NCBI GenBank assembly: GCA_002269645.1 | Contig: NIVC01002789.1 | Span: 76,297 to 140,296, forward strand | Direction: 5' to 3' | DNA length: 64,000 nucleotides | Source of the DNA: Macrostomum lignano | Lineage: Eukaryota | Shown here: positions 38,401 to 50,922 of the stretch, piece by piece | Layout of the letters: the number at the start of each line of letters is the position of its first letter | Numbering within the stretch: position 1 is the first letter of the stretch | Translations under genes and position numbers: made by a program | The notes under the pieces: model-generated | The model's database searches: none | Told to the model about the DNA's origin: nothing | The model's input: the letters and a program-made list of their open reading frames with translations, nothing else

Positions 38401-41400
38401 TAAGTTAATTGGAGTAAAATGTCTAATAAGTAACTATGATTTTTTATTTTAAGTACATGTAGCTTTGGTATAAGTATTAATGTAATGAGTACTTAAAGTA
38501 AAATCAAGCAAGTTATAGTTTTCAGAAATTATGCTACAAATAATCAAATATATACTAGTATCTGAATTCCTTTATTAAGGAACATGCAGTCGATATTAAA
38601 TCCACAATGTGCTTTTTGGTGTTCAAGGATAGTTACCTGACTTTTTCTATTATTAGTTAGATTTTATTATATTTAATGTAAAAATGAACAATTCTATTCA
38701 AGGTAAAAATGAACATTCTTTATTTGTCGAATCATCTTGCCTTTGAAAAGATACATAGTGAAAACTTGATTTTTAATTCAACCTTTCAAGACTTATTTAG
38801 ACTTCTCAATTCAGTGATTAGTTAAACTGATCGAAGTTCTTTCGAGTGCATGCTATAATAATTTCGCACTTTTTCGCACACGATAATTTTAAATGTCTGG
38901 GATTTAGAGCAGAGTAACAAAATGCTGTGCTCAAAAACATTTCCTTTGTCAATTTCTTGTTCTTTTATTTTTGCAAAAGAAATTTAACTGCATATTTAAA
39001 ATAAAAATGGAAGAAAATTTTATTTTCTCTTTAATATTTTTGTCGTTTATTTTCCGCAACAAAGAATAACAAATAGCCTTGATTTCTTCTCAATTTCAAG
39101 TTTTCTTGTGGTTTTAGTAGCAGCTTCTTACAGAAATTGTCAAAAGAATTTTTTTGTACGATTATTGGTCAATGTATAAACTTTTTTTGCAATAACAAAA
39201 AGTTGTGACCTAGCTTTGAGAACGACCCTGCAAGTCTTACATTATGCAAGTTCAAATCTGCGCGTTTCTAAGAAAAACACTTCGTTTTGATACACGTATC
39301 TTGTAAGATATTTTCGTAACTTATTTCTTTCTTTTAAACGAACGGAAATTTTAGTATAATATAGACGCGATTTGGGCGAGGAGAAAACAACTCGTTCTGA
39401 TCAGCTTCGAATCAGCCTTTCAGCAATTACTGGCTTTAGTTTTTAGGATTTAAAAGATTTAAAAGATTTAAAAGCTCTCGAGCTGCCCCCTCCCACAGAA
39501 GATATTTGCCCTAGCGCAGCTTGGTGGCATTAGTGGAATTTTAGAGGACAGAGGCAACCTCTACGACAACTTTTGTGGCAGCGTGAAGGCTCAGAGAAAC
39601 GGCAGAACTTTGACAGATCAGGAAGCGACACAAATCCGATAGATCTCATCAGAGAAACGGTGAGAATTCGATGGATTAGCGAGAGGATGACTGTGTAATT
39701 AGAGAAACTGGGACATAAGAAATAATATATGGCCAACGCTAATGATGCGATTGCTGTGCTAGCTGAAGAACAACGAAACAGACTTCAAATTATGACCTCA
39801 AAGGATGTACATGTATGTGAAAATTCAGAGAAGTTCACGCCTGGCCAAGACACCAGGGTCTGGCTGACCGCGTTTGACCAGCGCTGTGAAGCTGAAGGTA
39901 TTGAAGAAGATCACCAGAAGCAAGAGCTTCTCGCAACCTGCATGGCTACTGCGTTTGCAGCAGTTCAGCGTCTAAACCTCGATCCCAGATGCCCAGTCAA
40001 AGCAATGCCGTTGCCTCGACGTCGCTAACACGTCGCAAAATAACGTCGCCAAACCAGCCATTTTGTCGCGCGCGGCGACGTCGCCATTACGACCCCAGGC
40101 GACGTCAGAATTTCACGTACTGGCGACCAAACGACGACCATCTATTACAGATTGCTTAGCACCTTCAATATAGTGCGAATCTCGAAATCATAATTCAATT
40201 AATTTTTACTAAGATTATAGATGAAATTAAACGAAGATTAATAAGCTACCTTGCTCTGGTTAAATATCTTGATTGAATTTATAAATTATTCAATATAATT
40301 CAATTTAAAAAAGGTTTTTTGTTGGTTTATTTAGAATTTTAGTTATTGTTATCAGAAAAGTAATTTTTACACAGATACACTCAAAGACAAATGATTTTGA
40401 ATTTACAAATTCATTTTGAAGTGCAGATATTTTACTCACTAAGAAGGGTCAAAGGGACAATAAAAAACAGTGTCAAACGAAATTGCTCCAGATTTTCCAG
40501 TTAAACCTTACAACATGTTGGCAGCATAATTATACTTAAATCGAACCATTTCCTTCTCATCAAGTCCCCCTCGATTCAGACTGCAGAGAACTAGGTCCTG
40601 GAGCCGGCGACGGAACTGCACTGCATGCACAGCTTGTGGACAAAGCAATTATGCTGCAATGAAATTTATCAGTACATTACATTAGTGACAATTGGACTAC
40701 AATGCTGAACATTATCATTTTACAACAGGAAAGAAATTAAGTTTCATTTTTCTAACTTGAAATATCTGACTTTAAGCATTAAGCATACTCACTATTCTTA
40801 AAAGGAAATGGTGGGAAACCAAAAGCAGCCAACTTCGCCATGGTCCTCCACATCGTGACTCAGATGCATCAGGAAATACAGAAATGGAAGTTCCTGCACT
40901 TGTCCAGTTATTGTCTTGCTGATGTCCTGATGGACCTGCTCAATGCTCATGAATGTTCATCAGGCTTTGTGTTGACATAATTTCTTTGGTATTCTGCTGT
41001 AATTAGCTGCAATTGCCTTATCTGGTGCACATGATGGGAGCATGACATTATTTAACTTCTTGGGCAAAGTATGCCATCTGCAATGCAAAATTTGATAAAA
41101 AATATATCATCTGTATATAAGAAACAAAAAATGAATATTTTTTTCAAGGAAATACATAGAATAAAAGCTTATAAAAATCAATTTTAAATAATCTATAGGT
41201 AGCTATTATTTAATATAAAGATTTATAGGCCTTTTTAGTTAGTTACATTAATTTAATTATTAATTTATTAGATAATTAGATAATTATTAAAGATGAAAAT
41301 AAGATTAGATATTAAATAATTTTATTAGATTTTATTAGAATTTTTTAATTTCTATCAATAAACTGAGGGATAAAAGGCAAAAAATAATAGGCTTACCTAA

Positions 41401-41566
41401 AAGCCAAGTTAGACATAGAAATTGGTTAAGTTTTCAAAGCATAAATTATAAAGCAATTTAAAATAAATAGACAAAATAGGGCCTAAACAATGGCATGCTA
41501 ATGGCAATCCCAATACATAGGCCTTGTCATTATAAAACTAAAAGTATAGGCCTAAAAAATGCAAAA

Positions 41567-44266
41567 TGTGACGTTGCCAGTTTGAGGTGGTCCCGAAAAG
41601 GGCCGTCGGACTATAATTTCCCTTGTAATTTCTCATATTAATTCCTCCAATAGTTTATTTTAACGTTTACTTATAGTAGCGTGCAAATAATTTTTATCAA
41701 CTGCTAATTCACTGTGTATTTGATAGACCTTGCGCCCGTCTGTAAATTTTGGCACGATCGATAATTTTAAGTTCTCTCGCCAGCCAATGAAAACCACTCG
41801 TGCTTCGCGCTACCCCCCTCTGCGCTCCTTTATTAAACCCCCCGTCTGGCGGCGGGCTGGTTTTTCACTTCCTTCCTTTCCTTTCCCTTCTTTTCTTTCC
41901 TTCGTGCTGTGCTTGTCTGTTCTTCGCGACTCTTGTTTTCCTTCTCTCTGTCTGGGCCAGCCTGTTACACTGCCTGCCACTGTCTGCCACGGCTAACGCC
42001 AATCTCACCACTACGCATCTGCCACTGTTGTGCTCATCGCCGTTACTCACCACGTTGCATCGTCTTGCATCACTCGCCTACCACTCGACTGCAATCTCTA
42101 ACTCACCTTCAATTCAAAACCATTGTTGCAGCCGCCAGTGCCCCAAAGCGCAATAAGTTCTATATTGATATTAACCGCATCGAATATTGATCTCAACAAT
42201 AAAACCAACTACGGCCAGTTTCCGGCCTTGTATGCCAAGTGCTCCGCTACACAAATCCGCTATCAAGACTTGACTCGATTCATTTGGGACTAAAACGGCC
42301 CTTTTAAGGGTCACGGACAACATCAAATAACGTGACATAATTTTGGAGGTCCCACCGAGACCAAGCTCAGCACTGCCGGTTCGCAACTAAGCGCCACTGA
42401 GATTCTGCTCAACATCAACACGTTCGAAACTAAGCACCGCCGAGACCAAGCTCAGCACTGCCGGTTCGCAACTAAGCGCCACTGAGATTCTGCTCAACAT
42501 CAACACGTTCGAAACTAAGCACCACCGAGACGCCTACTCAGCCCTGCCAGCTCGTAATCAGCGCCATCAAGACTTCCTCTCAGTCCTGCCAGTTTGCAAC
42601 CAAGCACCAGCCACCAGCGAGACTTCTGCTCAGCTCTGCCGGCTCGTGACTGAGCACCTGCCAGCCTGTGCCACGCCTGAGGTTCGGTCCGCAAGGCTGC
42701 AAGAGCCTGTGCCACGTCAGGCCCAGGGGTCCTGACTGCCCGGCTGGTCTTCGCTCGTCGCCGCGGGTCGTCGCTGGTCGTCGCCCTGAGCAACGCGCGC
42801 TGTCAACTGCGTTGAGCTCGAGCTTACGCTCTGCCAAGATAGCTCCGCTGTGTGTGCCAAGCCACGCCAGGTTACGCTGTGCGCTGATTGTTTGTAGGGA
42901 CTATTGCCTGACAGTTAGTCTGGGTGGTTTGCGTGATAGGAATCTCCCCTATTATAGGCTTTTTGTGGTTTGCCCCTGTCAGGCACGTATTTTTGTTAGT
43001 AGGACGCAATCTCTCTCGTCTCTCTCGCGTCATCAACCTCAATTCGTTCTCTCTGGAACCTTACTCTCACTCGTGGTTGCTCCGTTCGCCTCACTCGGGC
43101 TCCTGTCTGAGCTTCATCTCGCACAATGTCCGGCAACGGGGAAGACTTCGGCATGGCGCCTCCCGAGCCTGTGGCGGACCCAGTCGCCGCACAGGCAGTT
43201 AATCCACCAGCCCCAGCCACTGAACCCAGACCCAGCTATGGGCGCCCCATCTGCCCACCCGTTAGGTACCGGGCGTGCCAGGTGTCCGGCCTGCTCCAGC
43301 TGTAGGGTGGCAAGCATTAGTTTGCTCACGCCCTGGGCAAGGCGTTAAACTACCTCCTGTGGCCCCTGTTGGCCACGGGTCCCTGTGGCCCCGCTGTTCT
43401 CCGCCTTCCGCGCCGGTTCTCTCCTTCCTGCCTGTTGGGCGCTTCCGCGCTGGTCCTCTCCCCCCCTGTCTGTTGGGCGCTTCCGCGCCGGTTCCCTCCC
43501 TTCTGCCTGTTTGGCGCGCTGCGCCGTTTCCTGCCTTGGCGCCCCTGCGCGTCTCCGCCTGGCGCGCTGCGCCGTTCTCTGCCGTGGCGCCCTTGCGCCG
43601 TTTCCTGCCTTGGCGCGTGGCGCCGTTTCCTGCCTTGGCGCGTGGCGCCGTTCTTTGCCTTGGCGCGCTGCGCCTTTCTCCGCCTGGCGCACTGCGCCGT
43701 TTTCTGCCTTGGCGCTCCGCGCCGTCCTGTCTCCGCCTTGGGCGCTCCCTCGCCGGTTTCTCCCTCCCGCCTGTTTGGCGCGCCGCGCCGTGTCCCGCCG
43801 CCCTTGGCGCTTGTCGTCGTTCGCCCGCAGTTGTTCGGACTGTGCCTCCGTTCTGTGCCTCTGTGCCGTGCCTCTGCTCTGTGTCCTTTTGCCTCATCCG
43901 TCTTGTCACCTTTGTTCTGTGCTCCTTGCCTCATCTGTCTTGTCACCTCTGTTCGTCCTGTCGTTTTTTTGTGCGTTCGCGTGCCCCGCGCGCTCTGCTC
44001 TGCGCTACTTTTGTAACCAATGTTATTCTCACTGCCATACCTACGTTGACTTTGATTTTCACCATTCATCTACCTGTATTCATTATTTACTGCAGTCTGT
44101 TCCTTTGTTTTCGTATTCCCCTTCAGTCTCTTCACTTCTTTTTGCGAGCGTGTGAAACATCCCATTTTGTTGCGGTGCCGGACCTCGAAAGCCGAGACTT
44201 GACTCGATTCTTTTGGGACTAAAACGGCCCTTTTAAGGGTCACGGACAACATCAAATAACGTGACA
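41567..44266 (+). mobile_element. Non-autonomous LTR element: full 5' LTR 41567-42337, tRNA-Gln PBS, short gag-like ORF, only the last 72 bp of the LTR at the 3' end
   Basis: TGTGACG...CGTGACA ends; PBS TGGAGGTCCCACCGAGA (42344-42360) complementary to the tRNA-Gln 3' end; 44195-44266 matches 42266-42337 at 71/72; flanking AAAA/AAAA fits a 4-bp TSD; 85-bp leader duplication and 25-bp GC-rich internal repeat (about 43390-43810). Confidence 0.8.
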
Positions 44267-44455
44267 AAAAAATCTATAAACTAACCTCTTAAATTCCTAA
44301 TTAATAGTACACTAGACTAATTTTCAAAATATGAATTTTGGCCAAAGATTAGATTAAATAAAGTTAGGGCCTAACTAGGCCCTATTAACATTAATATGTA
44401 TCATGTATGTCATTATAAATATAAATAATTTTGTAAATCATATCTTATTAGATAG

Positions 44456-45271
44456 TGTGACGTTGTCAGTTTAAGGTGGTCCCGAAAAGGGCCGTTGGAC
44501 TGCTGTTTCTCTATAGTTTCAACCCTTCAGTTTCACCGTTTCAACTAAACTTTTCCATTTGTTTATTGCGACGTTTACTTGTAGTGCCCAACGATTTTGT
44601 GGCAATTTCTAATTCACTGTATATTTTGCTATCTTCTCTCGCAACCGTATAAAGTTGGCACGATCAATAATTTTAAGTTCTCTCGCCAGCCAATTAAATC
44701 ACTCGTGCTTCGCGCTACCCCCCCCCTCTGCGCTCCTTTATTAAACCTTCGCCTGGCGGACTGGGGGCTTCACTTGTGTTCTGTGTTCTCTCTCCTTAGG
44801 CTTGTCCTCCGTCCCGTCTGGCTTGCCTAGCCTTGTCTAGCCTTGTTTTCCTTCTCTCTGTCTGGCTGCCTCGAGCCTCCTGACCTCTCGCCACGGCTGA
44901 CGCCAACCTCGCCACTGCTCATCTGCCTGCCTACTGCGTCTCACTGCCTTCACTGTGCTCATTGCCATTGCTCATCACGTTACATCGCCATTGCACCGTT
45001 CGTCTGTCACTTGACTATCCAATTTATCTTCAAAGAAACCATTGTTGCAGCCGCCAGTGCCCAGAAAGCTATAGTTTGTTTATTGACATAAATTCTAACT
45101 AAGCCTAATATTGATACTACCAATAAAACCAACTACGGCAGTCCCTGCCTTTATCGCCAAGTGCTCCGCTACAAAATCCGCTTTACAAGAATTGACTTCA
45201 ACTTATTTTGGGACTAAAACGGCCCTTTTAAGGGTCATCGCATAGCTAGCCGCTACGTCAATAACGTGACA
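44456..45271 (+). mobile_element. Solo LTR of the same family
   Basis: TGTGACG...CGTGACA; colinear similarity to 41567-42337; 4-bp TSD ATAG (44452-44455, 45272-45275). Confidence 0.88.
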
Positions 45272-45797
45272 ATAGCCTAGGTCTAGTTAATAGTCTACAT
45301 TATTAAATTAAGGCCTAACAATATAAAAGGCCAACTTAAGCTTATAAAATAAAGTCTCTATTATCCCCTTGCTTGTTTTCCCCTATTTAAAGTCCAATTT
45401 TTATTGCTTTTTTCCAACCCAGCTTTCTAATGTCATTGTAAGCAGAATGACATCATTTGTGTACATAGCATCATAGGTTACTAAGGAACAGGCTCCACTT
45501 TATGAACTTGATTTGACAAGCCTTTTGGTTTGGCCAAAAACACAACACAATATTTATAGGTAGGTAGGCCTAGGCTGAGGCAAAATTAGGTTTGCTTGTT
45601 AAGATGTAGACAGCACAAAGAAAATGATAAATTTGAATAATCGTTAAAGACAGTTGACCACAGACCTCTATCATCTTATAAATATAAGTTCATACAATAT
45701 TATACCACACAAGGTACAGAGATCAAATGCAGAAATTATTATTTAGCTACTTCTGTCACTATTAATCAGTATAAATTTACTTATTGTCAAAAGAAAC

Positions 45798-46177
45798 GGG
45801 TCTCCCTAAAACACGCACCGCACCGCCCCGAACCGCTACACATTATAACATTTTTTGTCAATGCAGAATTTGATTTCAAAGAAAACAATTTGTTGTAAGA
45901 GTAATGTAACAAATATCTTTAATTATTATTTTAAATATTATTATTATTTTTTATATTCTCGTTTTCATTACTAAATTATATTATTATTATTTTATTAATA
46001 TTATTATTAATATCACTTATTAGTCACCGAATTTTATATTTCGAATTTAAAAAACTAAATTTAATAAAAACTTTGAAGCTTAACAGCAAACGCATTTTGA
46101 AGTGTCTTCAGTTATAGTCCAATTTGTTTTAATGTGTAGCGCTGCAGGGCGGTGCGGGGCGTGTTTTAGGGAGACCC
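45798..46177. mobile_element. MITE with GGG termini and 8-bp TSD (Merlin- or MULE-like), 380 bp
   Basis: TIR GGGTCTCCCTAAAACACGC (19 bp perfect); TSD AAAGAAAC at 45790-45797 and 46178-46185; AT-rich interior. Confidence 0.88.
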
Positions 46178-49014
46178 AAAGAAACAGTTCGTATTTTGCT
46201 ACTTCGATCAAGAAAATTTTACTATCCATCGTATAACAAACGAGCAAATAACCTTCGTGTAGAAATAAAGGATAGTTCAGCTCAACTAGTTTAAAAATTC
46301 ATAAAAAAGTTATTCCGATTTAAGTAAGGATATAAGATCTTCTATAGCATATCAAATAATTTTTGAAAAAAAGCCTACGTCGCAAGATGACGTCGCCCCG
46401 ACTAAAACAGTGCAACCAATATTTGCCCGCGACGATGGCGACCAATGGCGACTTCATAGCGACGTCGAGGCGACGTACTGCTTTGCTTGGGTGACCTCCC
46501 AGTGGAACGTTGGCAGCATGGACCACTAGTTCAGCAGAATTCAAAGGTCGAATGCAAGGCGGAATTAAACGAGTCACTGGAGTCATACACTGACTGTCTA
46601 ATTGAGCTAGCTTCGTGAGCTTTCCCGAACATGACTATATGGAGCAGCGCGAAGAAGAGATCGTGAAACAGTTCATCCATGCAGGGTGTGAGAATTCTAT
46701 CTGAGACCCATAAGAAGCTCATCTTTGCTCAACCAGCTAATCTGCAAGAGGCCAGAAGGATGCTCATGGAGGATGAAAGCAGCCTGGAACATTTCCCGTA
46801 AGAATTTAGGTATAAGAGTAGCCAAGAGTGAGGAAGAACAAGAACAGAAGGCTGAACAGGAAAAGCTGGAAGAAATCACCAAGTGCCTAGAGTTGCTACT
46901 AACGAGTAGCATCCGGAGAATATGCAATTTGGACAAATACTTAAAATTGGCTCTCCAGAACTCTAAAATTTAATTGGATCAAACTATCACACTATGATTC
47001 ACCAGCTCTTTGTTTGAATTTGGGCTAATCGTCTCTGGACTCTTAACGATGTTGACTCAGCGTCTGGCAGTAATCTAACGGTCGGCTAAATGTCACCGAA
47101 CTCTTAAGGGTACTAAATAACAATTAGCGCTATTTCCGGTGACAAATATCCTAAATAACTTAGATTATGGTAGCTGCGAGTAGTTGGGTCTAATGCTATA
47201 CTGTTATGCATGTACCCAATCGAAGGACGTCGCCCTGAGATGGTCTGATAGAAAGGCTAAGCTTTCTTGATAAGTTGCGGAACCTCACAATGTTAATTAA
47301 CAATAATAATTCTTTACAACATAAACATATCAAACTAGATTGTTCTTCGAGCGACCTAGGACAGCGGCAGATCCTTATTTTTACCCTAAGGTCGACGGAG
47401 TTAATACATGCTTTTTACTTGATACTGCTTCAACCAAGAAGGTTTTGACTAGAAATGCTTGGGGGGGGGATTTTTGTTGGCGAGAACCGTAGAGGAATTC
47501 GCCCGAGTTTCGAACAGGTCCTGTCCTTTAATGACGTAGATATTCCGTTGTTCGGCGAGGCCGAAGCATTTGTGCAAATCGGGGATCTCCGTGTTGAGTT
47601 GAATTAAGTTCCTGTTGTGCAAACAAGACACCGAGAATGTTCTAGGCATGCAGTTCGCACTCCGTTATTGTCAGACACTAAATTAAAGTTCCCGGAAGGT
47701 ACTCTTGTCCTGAAAAACGACCTGTGTCCCTATCTCTGTTATTCTAAAGTTCCGCCACGGACTTGTAAAGTGCTTTCGACTGAGAGAATGGAAGTGCCAG
47801 CTGCTAGCAGCGCCTTGTGCGTGCATACATCAGACTGGTAATGAGAATAAACCGAGGCATGAACCGAAGGCTTCGATTCATTCTTTTCCGATCTGTGTTG
47901 CTTTCCAGGACTTGTTGAGCGTCTCAATTAGAAACTTGAAAACAATTATCACAATTGTCTCCTAAAGACAAGACGAGAGTGGTACGTTGGTAAAACAATC
48001 TTCGCTCATCTGAATAATGTTACACTCATTCCTCCTAAGAGACAGGGACAATGGATACTCAGGCTCTAGATGCTAGCGTAGGTGAAACTGACAGAAATCT
48101 AGACTTGGATGCAGAAGAGCAAGATCAGAATAGTCAATCGACACTTGAAGGCAGAGGCGTCGAAAGAGGCCAAGCGGACGTCGTCAGGAAACCCGTCGGC
48201 AAACCAGACGACGGAGTCCATGGGTCGACCCGGGTCTTTCCGGATCTCGCCTATAGCAGAAGCATCAGTCGAGCGAATCCAGCGGCTGTGGGCCGTGATA
48301 CCAACGTCGGCTGCGCAGATTCAGGAAGAGATACCGCTGCCAAAGGTTGCACCACCAGCGATTGCGCTACCTAGGGTCCTGGCCGAGCGACAGACTCTGC
48401 AGTGCAGTGACAACCTGACCTTGCTGCCGTAGTGATTGAAATTATTTGGTTTGTCACACTTTGTAATTGAGCCTGTCAAATGTTTTTTTATTCTGTGAGC
48501 GAGCTAATCAATTGCTAATCCCTGTAACTGCATCCACTTAATCCGCTAATCTCGTCATTGACTATAACTACTTTATTAACTTTCATGACTGCTTTGGTGC
48601 AGTAACACTTATCGTCGAACTAATTAAGTATATTTACTTTCGTATCGGAGTGGTGTAACGTGCTAAGTTTTATGTGAAGTTTCCCTTGCTCGAGGGATAT
48701 TAATTAACAGTGTCATCCGTGCTCTTATAGTAGGTCGTCGATGTATATTGACAATTATTTTGGTAATAATAATAATAACAGTACTAGAATATATTAATAA
48801 TGCTATTGACTACTATTGAAATAAAAACGTTACTAATCACTTTATTGGTCAAATTAGTTTTTTTAGTTTTTTCATTAGTCCAGATCAGAAAAGAGTTGTG
48901 GTCACAGTCTCTGTGTATTCTGTAGTTGTGGTAGTGCTCCTGGGATATAACGTAGTATCGTAAATAGTAATTAAATATGTATACATAAAAAATGAAAAAT
49001 CTGTCCTTTTTCGA

Positions 49015-49534
49015 AAAGAGAGGAGAGGCGATAAAGGATAATAAGGGATAAGAGAAAAGGTAGAAGATAATAGTAGAGACGAGGGGGTTAGGTCGATGAG
49101 AGAGAAAGGGGGAGAAGAGGGGAGAGAGGAGAAGCGAGATGAGAGAGATAAGATTAGAGAGGAGAGAGTAGAGAGGAGCGAGTAGAGAAGAGAGAGAAGA
49201 GAGTAGAGATTATAGAGCAGAGAGCTGCAGATGAGAGGAGAAAGGAGAGAGGAGCAGAGAGGAGAGAGGAAAGAGGTGAAAAGAGAGATGAGAGATTAAA
49301 GGGAAGAGAGAAGAGATAAAAATACATCTCTACATCTCAAAGGTTGTAGAGATGAGAGAGGTGCAAGGAGAGATGAGAAATGAGAGATCAGAGAAGATGA
49401 CAGATGAAAGAGGGGGATGAGGCAGCAAAGACGAGAGCGAACAGACGGGAGATGGGAGTTTAGATAGAACGAGGAGAGATAAGAGAAAAGATATTACAGA
49501 GATGAGAAGAGAGAGGAGAATAGAAATGGGAGAG

Positions 49535-49593
<59 letters not shown>

Positions 49594-49800
49594 GAGGGGT
49601 AAGAGTAGAGAGGAGAGATGAGATAGAGTAGAGGAGAGAGGAGAGAAGATGGAAGTGTTGAGAGAGGGGAGAGTGAGGAATGAGAAGAGGGGAGAGAAGA
49701 GAGAGTAGAGAGCAGAGAGAAAAGAGAAGAGATAAAAGAGGAGAAAGGAGAGATGAGATAGCAGACGAGAGAGAAGAGAGGAAACAGAAGAGAAGATATA
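49015..49800. repeat. GA-rich low-complexity repeat
   Basis: Direct reading. Confidence 0.9.
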
Positions 49801-50559
49801 AGTTTCAAAGGATCCAAGGTACGTAGGGAGAGTCAGAGGCAGAGGCCAGAGTTTGTCAATTACATGTTCAGAGTCAGACCGACATTGCCTGACATTCTGC
49901 GCAGCACCCCAGCCAACAATATCACTGTTTGCCTCAAATCCAAATTTTACACGAATGTACTCCACTTTATATTTACCTCTACTCTACTAACTATTAACAA
50001 GTTTTTGTTGTGTATGGCCTTGGATTTCAAAATACATGCAAAAATAGTTCCGGGGATTGGAATTCCCCGGGTTCAAAATCTGCAGGTTTCAACAGCTAGT
50101 TAATTAATAATTCGCCTAATAATTCCCTGGAAACTTGTGCACAAGCGATGATTACTAATGAAGTACTACTCCTTCTCGGGTTCTTGAAGATGTTCCTAGA
50201 AATAGAACTCGCTGCTCCTGAAGTAGCTAGATAGCACCGTTGTACTACCTATCGATTTGCCTGAAAATGAACCTAAAACGTTAGCCTTGACTTGGTAGGG
50301 TTGCTGCCACCTTGGTGTGCGGACTCGACGCGTCGGCAGAGTTGTCTATCCGTCACCTGAAATAAAATAACGAAGTCGCTCGGAGCAAAGGCAAATCTGA
50401 AAAATGTCCCGACAGTCGATCGTCTTAGTAAAATGCTGCTCGAACCTGAAAACCTGAAAACCTGAAATGAGAGAGGAGAGCTCGGAGGCAGAGAGGCAGC
50501 TCCGGTCGAGCCCAGGCAGGACGACGCGATCTGGAGAAAAATGGCTCGCAGATGCTCCG

Positions 50560-50922
50560 TATTTATAGCCGAGCGGACCCCCAGAAGTCACGTGAGTTTC
50601 ATGCGGTGAGCGCGTGAAACTTCCTTATTTGGTCACTAAAATCATGCGAGCGACGCGGGATTCAAGGCCAACTTCCAAATAAGGCAACTCTGTCACGCAG
50701 CATTGGCGTGACTCAAGGTCAGTGGCCACGCAAAGTGTGCGTGCACAGTCACGTGCTTTTCTGTGCTAAAAATAGAACTTGGGCGGATGAGTCATCCTGT
50801 TTACTCCCTCTGGGCAGCCATTACACTCCGCGCAGGTGATGAGTCATCCTGCTACGCCTCCTCAGCGCGAGTGGGAAAACATTGAGTGTGGCTGCCCACG
50901 CCTGCTCAGGCGATGAGTCATC
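50560..50922 (-). promoter_or_regulatory. Promoter-like motif cluster: TATA box, 2 CArG boxes, 2 E-boxes, 4 AP-1 sites
   Basis: TATAAATA (minus, 50560-50567); CACGTG at 50589 and 50750; CCTTATTTGG at 50623 and CCAAATAAGG at 50675, each overlapping ACTTCC; TGACTCA at 50709; GATGAGTCATC at 50786, 50838 and 50912. Confidence 0.55.

Larger units (their letters stand above)
39992..46491. mobile_element. CACTA/CMC-like DNA transposon (CCC...GGG termini), 6.5 kb including nested inserts
   Basis: Imperfect TIRs CCCAGTCAAAGCAATGCCGTTGCCTCGACGTCGC and CCCAAGCAAAGCAGTACGTCGCCTCGACGTCGC; 2-bp TSD TG; repeated subterminal GACGTCGC motifs; gag resumes directly after the right end. No intact transposase seen. 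Confidence 0.75.
39522..47700 (+). mobile_element. Degenerate Gypsy-like LTR retrotransposon (gag 39729-39991 + 46492-46970; protease about 47405-47700), split by a DNA transposon
   Basis: Degenerate tRNA-Leu-type PBS TGGTGGCATTAGTGGAATT (39522-39540); gag motifs WLTAFDQRCEA, NESLESYTDCLIELAS*AFP, EIVKQFIH; protease FLLDTASTK...NVLGMQF with stops and frameshifts. No matching LTR pair found. Confidence 0.7.

Noticed and set aside
35460-39400. Possible non-autonomous DNA transposons in the AT-rich block
   Set aside because: The texture is suggestive, but I could not pair TIRs or TSDs by eye.
42355-42530. 85-bp repeats (and the repeats at 59240-59370) as a CRISPR-like array
   Set aside because: Contiguous tandem copies without unique spacers, no cas genes, eukaryotic context.
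43262-44222. Several 200-300-aa ORFs on both strands
   Set aside because: They arise from a GC-rich 25-bp repeat inside the LTR element and have no gag/pol motifs.
48651-48900. 3' LTR of the outer Gypsy element (GGAGTGG-TGTAACG)
   Set aside because: The polypurine tract is weak and there is no matching 5' LTR upstream of the PBS at 39522.
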